A DNA stretch of 32,000 nt, taken from the NCBI GenBank assembly GCA_963662715.1, contig OY759724.1:2040001-2072000 (forward strand), written 5' to 3'. Of this stretch, positions 17,295 to 26,605 are shown piece by piece. This DNA comes from Candidatus Omnitrophota bacterium. GTDB taxonomy: Bacteria > Omnitrophota > Gorgyraeia > Zapsychrales > JANLHA01. A program made the translations under genes and the position numbers. The notes under the pieces were generated by a model. The model ran no database searches and was not told where the DNA came from. It saw nothing but the letters and a program-made list of their open reading frames with translations. Position 1 is the stretch's first letter, and every line of letters starts with the position of its first letter.

Positions 17295-17948
17295 ATGCGC
17301 TTAATTGATATTTCGGTTATTGTTGTGAATCATAATTATGGCACGCTTATCCGCCGGTGCATCCGGTCGCTGCTCAATCAGGACCTGGATAAATCTCATT
17401 ATGAAATTATTGTTGTCGATGACGGCAGTACGGATGACTCCATAAAAGCTTTGGATACCTTTGTCAGGGCCGGGGATATTAAGGTCATTAAAAACGAGGA
17501 GAATTTAGGCATCGGGGCCAGTGCCCAGATCGGGGTGGCGAACTCCCGCGGGAAATATTTTGTCCGGGTTGACTCGGACGATTATGTGCAGCCTCCTTTT
17601 TTGTACATGCTTTATAATTTTCTGAAATTTAACCCGAAATACGTCGGTGTTTCCTGCGATTATTATATGACGGATAATGAAGAGCGGATCATTTCCAAGG
17701 AATCCTTCAAGGATAACGGCATTGCCTGCGGTCTTATGTTCAGGACATCTTACCTGGAAATCATCGGCTCCTATAATTCCGAGAAAAAAGTCTTTGAGGA
17801 CAAAGATTTATCTAGGCGGATGGAGAAAGATAAAATTTTTCACCTTCCCGTTCCGCTTTATAATTATGTCAAACACGGGAATTCCATGACCGATAAACAT
17901 GTCGTATCTGTCTATAAGATAGGAGAATCGGATGAGTCAAAATCATAG
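17295..17948 (+). CDS. Family 2 (GT-A) glycosyltransferase
   Basis: ISVIVVNHNYGTLIRRCIRSLLNQ...YEIIVVDDGSTDDS...RVDSDDY (DxD). Confidence 0.85.
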   Translation: MRLIDISVIVVNHNYGTLIRRCIRSLLNQDLDKSHYEIIVVDDGSTDDSIKALDTFVRAGDIKVIKNEENLGIGASAQIGVANSRGKYFVRVDSDDYVQPPFLYMLYNFLKFNPKYVGVSCDYYMTDNEERIISKESFKDNGIACGLMFRTSYLEIIGSYNSEKKVFEDKDLSRRMEKDKIFHLPVPLYNYVKHGNSMTDKHVVSVYKIGESDESKS

Positions 17949-19851
17949 CCATAAAGCCACATTATTTTCCTTATTAAGCCATTATGCCAGACCGGTTTGG
18001 AAAGAAATTTCCGTTTTGGTTTTTATCACACTAATTGCGAACTTTTTTACAGTCGCACAACCTGTTATTGTGTCAGGCATCATTAATGTGATTACAGAGT
18101 ACAAATCAGGAACTGTCTTGGCTTCCAGAGAGATGAACTCTTCTGTAGTGCAGACTAATTTTTTTAACTTAAATAATATCGGGGGCCGGGTTAAAGACTT
18201 TATGCAGGGGGTTATCCCTTATGAAGGAGCGGGAATTTGGACGATGTTGCTTTTTATGCTGACAGCCTTTTTGCTGTGTGTCCTATTGTCTGCGGCTTTG
18301 AATTACCTTGCTCTGGTTATTACCCGCTGGGTTCGCACCCGCTGTACTCATCTTATTCGGAGAGACGCTTTACAACATCTCCTCAACCTTAACTTGGGGT
18401 TTTACCATAATCAGAAGTCAGGAGAATTGATTTCCCGGATCATTCAGGATTCGCATAATACCGGGCAGGGGTTAGGCCCTCTCGTGCGGGGATATCTTCA
18501 TCATTCTGTATTAATTGTAATGTACAGCACTTATCTGATCAGCACGAGTCTGTGGATGACGGTCTGTACTTTTTTTATGATTATGCTTCATTTTGGCCTT
18601 ACGGAATTAATCAAACGTCCGGTCAGACGGACGACAAGGAAATTTTTTGATAAAGTGGCTGATTTGACATCGACATTACAGGAAACCTTAACAAGTATCC
18701 GCGTTGTGAAATCGTTCGGTGTCGAAGACTATGAGATGGAAAAATTAGATAAGGATTTGAATAATGTCCGGAAGGCCGGTTTTAAAGAGGGGGTTATCCG
18801 CCATATTGAACCCCACGTTCGTGAATTCCTCGATGCCGTAGCTTTCGTCGGGATTTTTTTGGTTGCGGCAATTCAATTGATGAACGAAAGCCTTTCCCTG
18901 CAAGGATTTCTTTTGTATATTTACGTCGGCCGTTTGTTGATTCAGCCGGTTAATAAATTTGCTGTTGCTGTGACCTGGACTCAAGCTCTTTTAGCTTCTT
19001 ATGAACGGTTGAATGAATTGTTTGCCCATACATCACAGGTGAAAGACGGCCCTGTTTTTAAGCCAGATTTTAGGGAAAGCATACAATTTCAAAATGTAAG
19101 TTTCACATACGATATCTATAGTGAGTTTTCGCTCAAGAATCTTAATATTAATTTCAAAAAGGGCGAAAGCATTGCTTTAGTAGGCCCGAGCGGGGCCGGG
19201 AAATCCACATTAACGGACTTGATTTTGAGGTTCTATGATCCCCAGGCCGGGGAAATTCTGATGGACGGGATGGACCTTAAGAAACTGAGAATTTCTTCCT
19301 ACCGTAAATTATTCGGCGTTGTCCCTCAGGAGAGTCTGTTGTTTAATGATACCGTTGCCAATAATATTGTTTTCGGCAGGGACGGACTCACCCGTGCAGA
19401 TGTGATGGAAGCCGCTCAGCTGGCCAATGCGCATGAGTTTATCCAGGATCTCCCTGAAGGCTATGACACGTATGTCGGAGACCGGGGGGTGCGCCTTTCC
19501 GGCGGCCAGCGGCAGCGTATTGCGATTGCCCGGGCCATCGTGGCTAAACCGGAAATCTTGATCTTTGATGAAGCGACGAGTTCGCTGGACAGTCATTCTG
19601 AAAAGCAGGTGCAAAAGGCGATTGACAGCGTTTTGGAACGCTGCAGCGCTATCGTTATCGCTCACCGCTTATCCACGATACTGCATGCTGATAAAATCAT
19701 TGTCCTTAACAAGGGCCGTATCGAAGCTATCGGGACGCACCCGGAACTGCTGAAGATTTCCAGCTTATATCAGCAGCTTTATCACCTGCAGTTTGAAATG
19801 CAGAAGAATATTTTTGAGGGGCAGAATGAAGAATTGTCTGTTAAATCTTAA
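17932..19851 (+). CDS. ABC exporter, fused TMD-NBD half-transporter (MsbA/PglK type)
   Basis: Six predicted hydrophobic helices in the N-terminal half. Walker A GPSGAGKST, signature LSGGQRQRIAIARA, Walker B ILIFDEATSSLD, H-loop IAHRLST. Confidence 0.9.
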   Translation: MSQNHSHKATLFSLLSHYARPVWKEISVLVFITLIANFFTVAQPVIVSGIINVITEYKSGTVLASREMNSSVVQTNFFNLNNIGGRVKDFMQGVIPYEGAGIWTMLLFMLTAFLLCVLLSAALNYLALVITRWVRTRCTHLIRRDALQHLLNLNLGFYHNQKSGELISRIIQDSHNTGQGLGPLVRGYLHHSVLIVMYSTYLISTSLWMTVCTFFMIMLHFGLTELIKRPVRRTTRKFFDKVADLTSTLQETLTSIRVVKSFGVEDYEMEKLDKDLNNVRKAGFKEGVIRHIEPHVREFLDAVAFVGIFLVAAIQLMNESLSLQGFLLYIYVGRLLIQPVNKFAVAVTWTQALLASYERLNELFAHTSQVKDGPVFKPDFRESIQFQNVSFTYDIYSEFSLKNLNINFKKGESIALVGPSGAGKSTLTDLILRFYDPQAGEILMDGMDLKKLRISSYRKLFGVVPQESLLFNDTVANNIVFGRDGLTRADVMEAAQLANAHEFIQDLPEGYDTYVGDRGVRLSGGQRQRIAIARAIVAKPEILIFDEATSSLDSHSEKQVQKAIDSVLERCSAIVIAHRLSTILHADKIIVLNKGRIEAIGTHPELLKISSLYQQLYHLQFEMQKNIFEGQNEELSVKS

Positions 19852-20707
19852 AAGAACATGCGGTAAAAAGGTTAAGCGGTATCTACGTTCCCAAAGACGC
19901 AAATACAAAGAAGCGATTTATTCTCGCTACCCCAGGAACCATATTTTTCATATCTGCGTGGACGAAACGGCTTTCCAGATGACCTTTTTAGATTATCGGC
20001 TGGATTACGCGATCATCGAGCGTATCGAAGGGCTGCGGGAACCGGTAACAACGGCGGTTATTAAATCTCTCGTTCAGCGGGGGAGCCGCGTTCTGGAAAT
20101 CGGAGGATGCTACGGATATTTTACAGCTATTATGGCGCAATGCGCAGGAGAGGAAGGCCGGGTTGTTTCTGTTGAAGGAACGCCCAACAACTATAATATC
20201 CTGAGGGAAAATATCCGTATCAATAATTTTTCCCGGGTTGAGTGCTATAATTTTTTTATAGCCGCGGGACCGGACCAGATCCTCTTTGATGAGGGGGATA
20301 CCAGCCCTTATAAAGCCATGGAAAGGTTGCAGCAAAAGGAGGATTCTCTTGAGCGGTCCGTCAAAGTCCCGGTCAGGACAATAACAGCGTTCTTAAAGGA
20401 AATCGATTTCTCCCCGGACTATATTTTTATGGATATTGAAGGATATGAGGCGGACATTTTTGCGGACTTTTTAGCACAAAAATATTTGCAGCATCACCGG
20501 CCGGTCATTGTCTTTGAGCTGCACCCGGATTATTATCGTCCTGAGAAGGATCTGGTTTATATCGAACGGATACTGACCGACCATAACTATACTTTCAGAA
20601 AGATTGCGACGAATTATATTTGTTTCCCCCAGCAAAACATAAACAGGAATAAAAACCTTTTTTCAAATGTCGTGCATTCATTCTCTCAGAGCCCGTCTCC
20701 TGATTAA
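19826..20707 (+). CDS. FkbM-family SAM-dependent methyltransferase
   Basis: VLEIGGCYGYFT (motif I), VVSVEGTPNNY, FMDIEGYEADIF (the FkbM-typical D-I-E-G-x-E). Start chosen at in-frame ATG 19826; the track start at 19793 lies deeper inside the ABC gene. Confidence 0.75.
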   Translation: MKNCLLNLKRTCGKKVKRYLRSQRRKYKEAIYSRYPRNHIFHICVDETAFQMTFLDYRLDYAIIERIEGLREPVTTAVIKSLVQRGSRVLEIGGCYGYFTAIMAQCAGEEGRVVSVEGTPNNYNILRENIRINNFSRVECYNFFIAAGPDQILFDEGDTSPYKAMERLQQKEDSLERSVKVPVRTITAFLKEIDFSPDYIFMDIEGYEADIFADFLAQKYLQHHRPVIVFELHPDYYRPEKDLVYIERILTDHNYTFRKIATNYICFPQQNINRNKNLFSNVVHSFSQSPSPD

Positions 20708-20758
20708 ATCATGAAAGACAGGGGAAGAAGACACCTGTCTGATGTTTAAAACATTATT

Positions 20759-21415
20759 ATGATAGAAAATTTAAAGAAAAAAATCGGATGTTTTTATTCC
20801 CGTTCATTGCACAGACAATACCTGGATGCTGTTATCTCCCGAAAAGCTCCGCTGGTGTCCCGGACCGTGCTGGATGTCGGCTCTAAAAACAGACGTTATG
20901 ATCATCTTTTTCCCCTGGCCGACCCCCTTGTGGCGATTGACCGCCGTCCGGGGCAAGACAATGTTATGGCCGCCGATGCCCTGCAACTGCCTTTTAAGAA
21001 TCATAGTTTTGATGTTGTGCTATCATTTGAAGTCCTGGAATATATCCCTTCCACGGATGTGGCTTTAAGCGAAATCGCCCGGGTCCTTAAACCGCGGGGG
21101 GTTTTTATTTTTTCTGTCCCGTTCCTGGACCCGGTTCACGGGGACATCGATTATGTGCGGCACACGTACAGGTCCTGGGAGCGTTTGTTGGCCCCTTATT
21201 TTAGCGTTCAGGAGATGATTCAGCTCGGAGGCCGTTTTGCGTGTATCTGGGATTTTTATTTCGAAAAAGTGCGGAACCATTATGGGAAATTTGCTAAACT
21301 GATTGTCCTGCCTTTTTTGTATGTGACAAAAAAGATTGTGTTATGGCTGGATCAGAGAGAGAAAAGCTGGAGGTATCCCATGGGGTATTTTTATGTTTGC
21401 CGGTCCCGTCATTGA
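20759..21415 (+). CDS. Class I SAM-dependent methyltransferase (Methyltransf_11-like)
   Basis: VLDVGSKNRRY, DALQLPFKNHSFDVVLSFEVLEYIP, LKPRGVFIFSVP. Confidence 0.8.
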   Translation: MIENLKKKIGCFYSRSLHRQYLDAVISRKAPLVSRTVLDVGSKNRRYDHLFPLADPLVAIDRRPGQDNVMAADALQLPFKNHSFDVVLSFEVLEYIPSTDVALSEIARVLKPRGVFIFSVPFLDPVHGDIDYVRHTYRSWERLLAPYFSVQEMIQLGGRFACIWDFYFEKVRNHYGKFAKLIVLPFLYVTKKIVLWLDQREKSWRYPMGYFYVCRSRH

Positions 21416-21453
21416 GTTGGTAATCGGAATGAATTTAAGGAAGAAATATAAGA

Positions 21454-22533
21454 ATGCAACAAAGCAAATTAGCACAATCGGTTCAAATTATTAAGCAGCG
21501 AGGCGTCAGGGATTTTTTAAGAATTGCCAGCAATTATTATCTTTATAATTCTCATACCCGGAAAAATCTTCCTGCCCGCTGTCTGACAAAACCGATTCAT
21601 TTGCAGGTCGAAACAACAAGGTTATGTAATCTTCGCTGCAAAATGTGTGAATACTCATATCGTAACGGCGAGAGAAGTTTCATGTCTCTTGAGACGTTCA
21701 AGAAAGTTTTCGGCCAGTTCCCCCAGCTTCGTTCGATGGACTTAACCGGCATTGGGGAACCGTTCTGCAACCCTGATTTCATGAAAATCGTACGCTACGG
21801 GAAAAAACATGGCGTAAAGATCGAATTTTCGACCAACGGACTTCTTTTAACAGAAGCTCATATGGATGAACTGATAGAACTGGATGTGGATAAAATATCT
21901 TTTTCCGTCGATGCCTCAACCCGGGAAACGCATGAAAAGATCCGGCAGGGGTCCTCTTTTGAAAAATTAACAAGTCATATTAAATTGTTAAGCCGGAAGA
22001 AGCGGGGTTTGAGACGGCAGAAACCGGTTGTTTATTTGAGTTACATCGTTTCGCTTGAGAATATCCTGGAGGCCGAGGCGTTTCTTGATCTGGCCGGGGA
22101 GGTCGGGGCCCAAACCGTTGTTTTCCGTGATCTGCTGGTTTTTGAGTCCGGGGATTATTCGGACAAGGATAAGGTTGAGAGTCTGTCCTTGCAATGGCGG
22201 CAAGATTTGGGGAGGAAAATATTGGATAAGGCACGGCATCTGGATATTGAGGCAGCTTTGCCTGATTCCCTGTCCATCTCTGGTCCGAAGAAAAAAATAT
22301 TCTGTTTCCGCCCCTGGCGTTCAGCTTTTGTGGATGTTTTCGGCCATATGTATCCCTGTTGTCGTTTGACGCAAAAGAATGTTAATATCATGGATTATTC
22401 TTTCGGCCACCTGCTTTCCCAGGATGTCAATGAGATATGGAATAATCCCCGATATGGCGCGTTGCGGAAGACCCTGGTTCATCCCACCGCGATCCCCCGT
22501 TTGTGTGAAGGGTGCGGTTGCCTGAGAAAATAA
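21454..22533 (+). CDS. Radical SAM enzyme with C-terminal SPASM/twitch-like auxiliary Cys cluster
   Basis: ETTRLCNLRCKMCEY (CxxxCxxC), GIGEPFCNPDF, STNG. C-terminal CFRPWRSAFVDVFGHMYPCC (C-x12-G-x4-C) and CEGCGC. Confidence 0.8.
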   Translation: MQQSKLAQSVQIIKQRGVRDFLRIASNYYLYNSHTRKNLPARCLTKPIHLQVETTRLCNLRCKMCEYSYRNGERSFMSLETFKKVFGQFPQLRSMDLTGIGEPFCNPDFMKIVRYGKKHGVKIEFSTNGLLLTEAHMDELIELDVDKISFSVDASTRETHEKIRQGSSFEKLTSHIKLLSRKKRGLRRQKPVVYLSYIVSLENILEAEAFLDLAGEVGAQTVVFRDLLVFESGDYSDKDKVESLSLQWRQDLGRKILDKARHLDIEAALPDSLSISGPKKKIFCFRPWRSAFVDVFGHMYPCCRLTQKNVNIMDYSFGHLLSQDVNEIWNNPRYGALRKTLVHPTAIPRLCEGCGCLRK

Positions 22534-22566
22534 CTCCGGCCGGAAGAACTCTTCATAAGGAATTTT

Positions 22567-23994
22567 ATGAAATTATTTTTTATAGAGCCGCCGCTTATCA
22601 ATGCTTCCAACGAGGCGTGTCTTGCCCGCGGAGAACTGGCCGCCCCGGATGTTGCGCCTTTCCCCAATTTAGGCATCGCCTATTTGGTGGCGGTTGCCGA
22701 ACAACTGGGGCATCAATGTCGCGTTGTTGACATGAACGTCTCCCCGGGCGGCTTTGAGCAAAAGGTCCTTGGCTTCTCTCCTGATATTTTGTTTTTAACC
22801 GCCCTGACGACGCAATACCGGGCTGTTAAAATTATCATCAATACGTTTAAAGGGCGAATTCCCATTGTCCTGGGCGGGCCGCATGCCAGCATTTTTGAGG
22901 AAAGACTTTTAGACGACGGGGTGGATATTGTTGTCGTGGGAGAAGGGGAAGAGACCTTGCGTTCCCTGCTGGCCCGTTTCCCTGACCAGCTGGGCAGTGT
23001 GCCGGGAGTAATCTTTAAGAAGGAAGGACAGGTTGTCAAAACCGGCCGGCCGGAGCGCGTGTTAAATCTTGACGATCTGCCGTTCCCGGCCTGGCATCAT
23101 TATCATCTTGATTTATACGACAATATGTACGGCGGCCGGAAATGTTTGCCGGTGATATCGAGCCGTGGCTGTCCCTTCCATTGCGTTTATTGTTTTAAAG
23201 GGGTTTTTGGCGATAAGATCCGGATGAGAAGCGCGGCTAACGTTGTTGAGGAAATAATGTTTTTTAAAAATAAATATGATATCGGAGCCGTGCTTTTTTG
23301 CGATGATTTGTTCACTGTTAAACGGAAACGCGTTGAGGAATTCTGTCATCTTCTCCTGGAGAAAAAAATGGATATTATCTGGCGGTGTCTGGGGAGAGCG
23401 GACCAGGTTGATTACGATCTTTTATCCCTTATGAAAAAGGCCGGATGTCGCTCGATTGCTTTAGGTATTGAATCCGGCAATCAGGAAGTTCTGGATAAAG
23501 TGGGGAAGCGGATCAGCCTGAAGCGCGTTGCGGAAGCGATTCAGGCGTGCCGCCGTGTGGGGATTGTTTCCAAAGGTTATTACATTATCGGCCTGCCCTG
23601 GGATACCCATAAAACGGTGCAGGATACGATCAATTTTGCTAAAAAGAACCGGACGACGCAATCGCAGTTTACGCTTCCTCTGGCTTATCCGGGAACGGAA
23701 TTGTGGGACATTGGAAAGCAAAAAGGGCTTCCGGTTGAAGACTATGTCGAAACTTTTTCCTGGGATAAGAATCTGCCCCCGTATTCATTCTCGGATGATT
23801 TGAGCGAGAAAGATATTGAATATTATATCCGGACGGCCCGCAGGATTGATGCGTGGGCGTATGTCGTTAAAAGATTGCGGAAAATGAAGTGGCAAGAATA
23901 TCCTGGTTTTATAAAATGGATTTGTATTAAAAGTTATGCCCTGCTCAGAGCCAAATTGGCTATGATGTTCAGATTAGCTAAACATCATGCCTGA
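22567..23994 (+). CDS. B12-binding-domain radical SAM enzyme (class B)
   Basis: N-terminal cobalamin-domain-like segment (PNLGIAYLVAVAEQLGHQCRVVDMN...IVLGGPHASIF...VVVGEGEETL). SSRGCPFHCVYCFK (CxxxCxxC). GIESGNQEVL. Confidence 0.85.
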   Translation: MKLFFIEPPLINASNEACLARGELAAPDVAPFPNLGIAYLVAVAEQLGHQCRVVDMNVSPGGFEQKVLGFSPDILFLTALTTQYRAVKIIINTFKGRIPIVLGGPHASIFEERLLDDGVDIVVVGEGEETLRSLLARFPDQLGSVPGVIFKKEGQVVKTGRPERVLNLDDLPFPAWHHYHLDLYDNMYGGRKCLPVISSRGCPFHCVYCFKGVFGDKIRMRSAANVVEEIMFFKNKYDIGAVLFCDDLFTVKRKRVEEFCHLLLEKKMDIIWRCLGRADQVDYDLLSLMKKAGCRSIALGIESGNQEVLDKVGKRISLKRVAEAIQACRRVGIVSKGYYIIGLPWDTHKTVQDTINFAKKNRTTQSQFTLPLAYPGTELWDIGKQKGLPVEDYVETFSWDKNLPPYSFSDDLSEKDIEYYIRTARRIDAWAYVVKRLRKMKWQEYPGFIKWICIKSYALLRAKLAMMFRLAKHHA

Positions 23995-24053
23995 TAATCT
24001 TTGGCGGGGAGGGTGTGGGAAGTCAACATAAAGGACCTTATAAGGAGTTTCTG

Positions 24054-25736
24054 GTGGAAATAAAGGTTGGTCATATTTGTCGGCTGAAAGATCCCGAGCG
24101 CATTTGCGCGGAGACGCCCGTGGACGCGGTTTTGATTGTCGATATCCTGGCTTTTAATAGTTATGTTTTTATCCCCCTGGTGCCGGCCGGCGCCCTGCCA
24201 GGGGACAAAGATATCATTCTTGAAAGCCGGGAAAGTCTTAAGGGCTCCCTGCCGCAGGTGAAGGCCGCCTGTGCCTGCATGTCCTCGCTTAAAGGGGAGG
24301 ATATCGCGGAGGTGGTGGATGAGCTTAAGAAGCCGGCGTTGGAAAAAATTCTAAAGATATGTATTAAACGTTCAACGGAGAATTATTATGAATCCGTCCA
24401 CGCTCCTGCTCAGTCTTCGGCTTTTGTCCCGGGGCAGTCCCGGATTCCCTATGCGGGCAGGGTTTATACCGCAGAAGAGATCGGGAACCTGGTGGATTCT
24501 TCCCTGGAATTTTATCTGACCGCCAGGCGTTATGACAAAGCCTTTTGTGAAAATTTCAATAATTTTTTATCAGGAGCCGGGCTTCCTGGGGCGGTCCGGA
24601 GCTTGACGGTTAATTCCGGGTCATCGGCCAATCTGTTGGCCTTGGGCGCGCTCACCTCTTATAAGCTGGATGATTTGAGCCTGAAGGAGGGGGATGAAGT
24701 CATTACGGCTGCCGCCGGATTCCCGACAACGATTGCGCCGATCATCCAGCATAAACTGACGCCGGTTTTTGTGGATGTTGATTTGGGGAGTTATAATATA
24801 AAGACCTCACGGCTTGAGGAGGCGGTCACGGAAAAAACCAAGGCGATTTGCGTGGCGCATACTTTGGGTATCCCGTTTGATTTAGAACGTGTGCTGGAGC
24901 TGGCCGAAAAACATCGTCTTTGGATCATTGAAGATAATTGTGACGCGCTCGGGGCCGAGTTTCAACTGAAGAAGGAATATCATCTTATCAAAGGGCGGTG
25001 CGTTTCCGGGAAAAGATACACCGGGACCTTTGGACACATAGGAACATCGAGTTTTTATCCGGCGCATCATATTACAATGGGAGAAGGCGGGGCTGTTTAC
25101 ACTCAGGATCTGGAGCTTTATCGGATTTTATTGTCCCTGAGGGACTGGGGCCGGGACTGCTGGTGCGAGCCCGGACAGGATAATACGTGTCAAAAACGTT
25201 TCGGCTGGCGGTTGGGAGATTTGCCGGTCGGCTATGATCATAAATACATATATTCCCATTTGGGATATAATCTGAAGATTACGGATTTGCAGGCGGCGGT
25301 TGGTTTGGCTCAATTGAAAAAGCTGCCGTCTTTCATCGAAGCCCGGAGACGACACTGGCAACTGCTCTGCGACGGACTGAAAGATTTGGCGGATTATTTT
25401 ATCCTGCCGAGCTGTCCCGTTCAGGCTACGCCGTCCCCCTTTGGTTTTGCGCTAACGGTGCAGCCCGGGGCCGGTTTCAAGCGAGACGATATCACTCAGT
25501 ATCTGGAGAGCCAGGGCATTCAGACCCGGACGGTTTTTGCCGGGAATATTTTAAAACAGCCGGCTTTTGTTTACACCCGGCCCGGGCACCGTGTTGTCGG
25601 AGACTTGGCCAACACGGACCGTGTCATGAACGATACGTTCTGGCTGGGCGTTTATCCCGGGTTAAATGACGAGAAACTGGAATATGTTATGGACCATGTC
25701 CGGAGGTTTATCAAGTGCAAGATCAAAGTCTGTTAA
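24054..25736 (+). CDS. rfbH: CDP-6-deoxy-L-threo-D-glycero-4-hexulose 3-dehydrase (E1, PMP/[2Fe-2S]; RfbH/DdhC/AscC-like) with an extra ~90-100 aa N-terminal region
   Basis: From FVPGQSRIPYAGRVY onward it is collinear with Salmonella RfbH as I recall it (SGSSANLLALGALTS, GDEVITAAAGFPTT, EDNCDALG). FYPAHHITMGEGGAV has His in place of the PLP Lys. RDWGRDCWCEPGQDNTCQKRF is the C-x-C-x7-C Fe-S motif. YDHKYIYSHLGYNLKITDLQAA. Start: AAGGAG at 24042-24047 lies 6 nt before in-frame GTG 24054. Alternatives are GTG 24015 or ATG 24279. Confidence 0.85.
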   Translation: MEIKVGHICRLKDPERICAETPVDAVLIVDILAFNSYVFIPLVPAGALPGDKDIILESRESLKGSLPQVKAACACMSSLKGEDIAEVVDELKKPALEKILKICIKRSTENYYESVHAPAQSSAFVPGQSRIPYAGRVYTAEEIGNLVDSSLEFYLTARRYDKAFCENFNNFLSGAGLPGAVRSLTVNSGSSANLLALGALTSYKLDDLSLKEGDEVITAAAGFPTTIAPIIQHKLTPVFVDVDLGSYNIKTSRLEEAVTEKTKAICVAHTLGIPFDLERVLELAEKHRLWIIEDNCDALGAEFQLKKEYHLIKGRCVSGKRYTGTFGHIGTSSFYPAHHITMGEGGAVYTQDLELYRILLSLRDWGRDCWCEPGQDNTCQKRFGWRLGDLPVGYDHKYIYSHLGYNLKITDLQAAVGLAQLKKLPSFIEARRRHWQLLCDGLKDLADYFILPSCPVQATPSPFGFALTVQPGAGFKRDDITQYLESQGIQTRTVFAGNILKQPAFVYTRPGHRVVGDLANTDRVMNDTFWLGVYPGLNDEKLEYVMDHVRRFIKCKIKVC

Positions 25737-26581
25737 CGGTTCTCATCACAAATTATAACACCCTGGACTTTGTTAAGGTCTCACTTCTGGCCCTTCAGAA
25801 GCTTACGATCAACCCGTATAAAGTTTTTATTAATGACAACGGTTCCCGTCCGCGGGAAACGGCGGAGCTGAAAAATATTGCAAAGGACAATCCTCATGTT
25901 TGGGTGAATTTTAGAAAGAGTTCGCGCAAACAGACATCTTACGCCCATGCCGAGGCCCTGGATTTGCTGATCAGCCGTGTTGAAACAAAATATGCTGTTG
26001 TCCTGGACAGTGACTGCACGTTCCTTATGAAAGGGTGGGACGAGTATATGATCCGTCAAGTCGATGATGCGGTGAAGATTGTCGGTTCTCCGCTGGCCAA
26101 AGGGCGAAGCGGTCTGAAACCCGATGATTTTCCTTTTCAGTTTGCGGTTTTATTTGATACGGCTGTTTATAAAAGCCTTAACATCAGCTGTATGCCGGTG
26201 GATATCGCCGGAGGAAAAGACACCTGCTGGGAATGGAAACATAAGTTTACAAACGGAGGATATAAAGGGAAAGTCTTTTCCGCGCTTTGCACCCGGGATT
26301 ATAAGGAAGGGCCGTTCAGGAGCATCACCGGGGTTGCTGAATATTACACCGAGGACGGACGTCTCATCGGGTCCCATTACGGGAGAGGCTCCACACAGGG
26401 CATTACGAAATTCCGGGCCGGAATATACCGTATCCCGTATCTTTCGAAACTGTTGAACATTTATGTCGGGTTAAAAGAGAAAAAGGACTGGTTAGGAATT
26501 TGCCGGCGGATTATTGAAGAACAAGCGGACCTTTGTCCCGCCAGCACCCCGGCCGCCCGGCCCGTCATGGCAGGAAGATAA
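25715..26581 (+). CDS. GT2-like (GT-A fold) glycosyltransferase
   Basis: LLTVLITNYNTLDFVKVSLLALQKL...VFINDNGS...YAVVLDSDCTF (DxD-like). GTG start with GGAGG 8 nt upstream. Overlaps the rfbH 3' end by 22 nt. Confidence 0.6.
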   Translation: MQDQSLLTVLITNYNTLDFVKVSLLALQKLTINPYKVFINDNGSRPRETAELKNIAKDNPHVWVNFRKSSRKQTSYAHAEALDLLISRVETKYAVVLDSDCTFLMKGWDEYMIRQVDDAVKIVGSPLAKGRSGLKPDDFPFQFAVLFDTAVYKSLNISCMPVDIAGGKDTCWEWKHKFTNGGYKGKVFSALCTRDYKEGPFRSITGVAEYYTEDGRLIGSHYGRGSTQGITKFRAGIYRIPYLSKLLNIYVGLKEKKDWLGICRRIIEEQADLCPASTPAARPVMAGR

Positions 26582-26605
26582 AAATTTTTGTTTAAAGGTG
26601 AGATC

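Noticed and set aside
20716-20740. Hairpin AGACAGG-(11 nt)-CCTGTCT in the 51-nt gap after the FkbM gene, considered as an intrinsic terminator
   Set aside because: It has only a 7-bp stem with a large loop and no following U-tract. The next gene follows within 20 nt in the same orientation. At most it could be a weak RNA processing or stability element.
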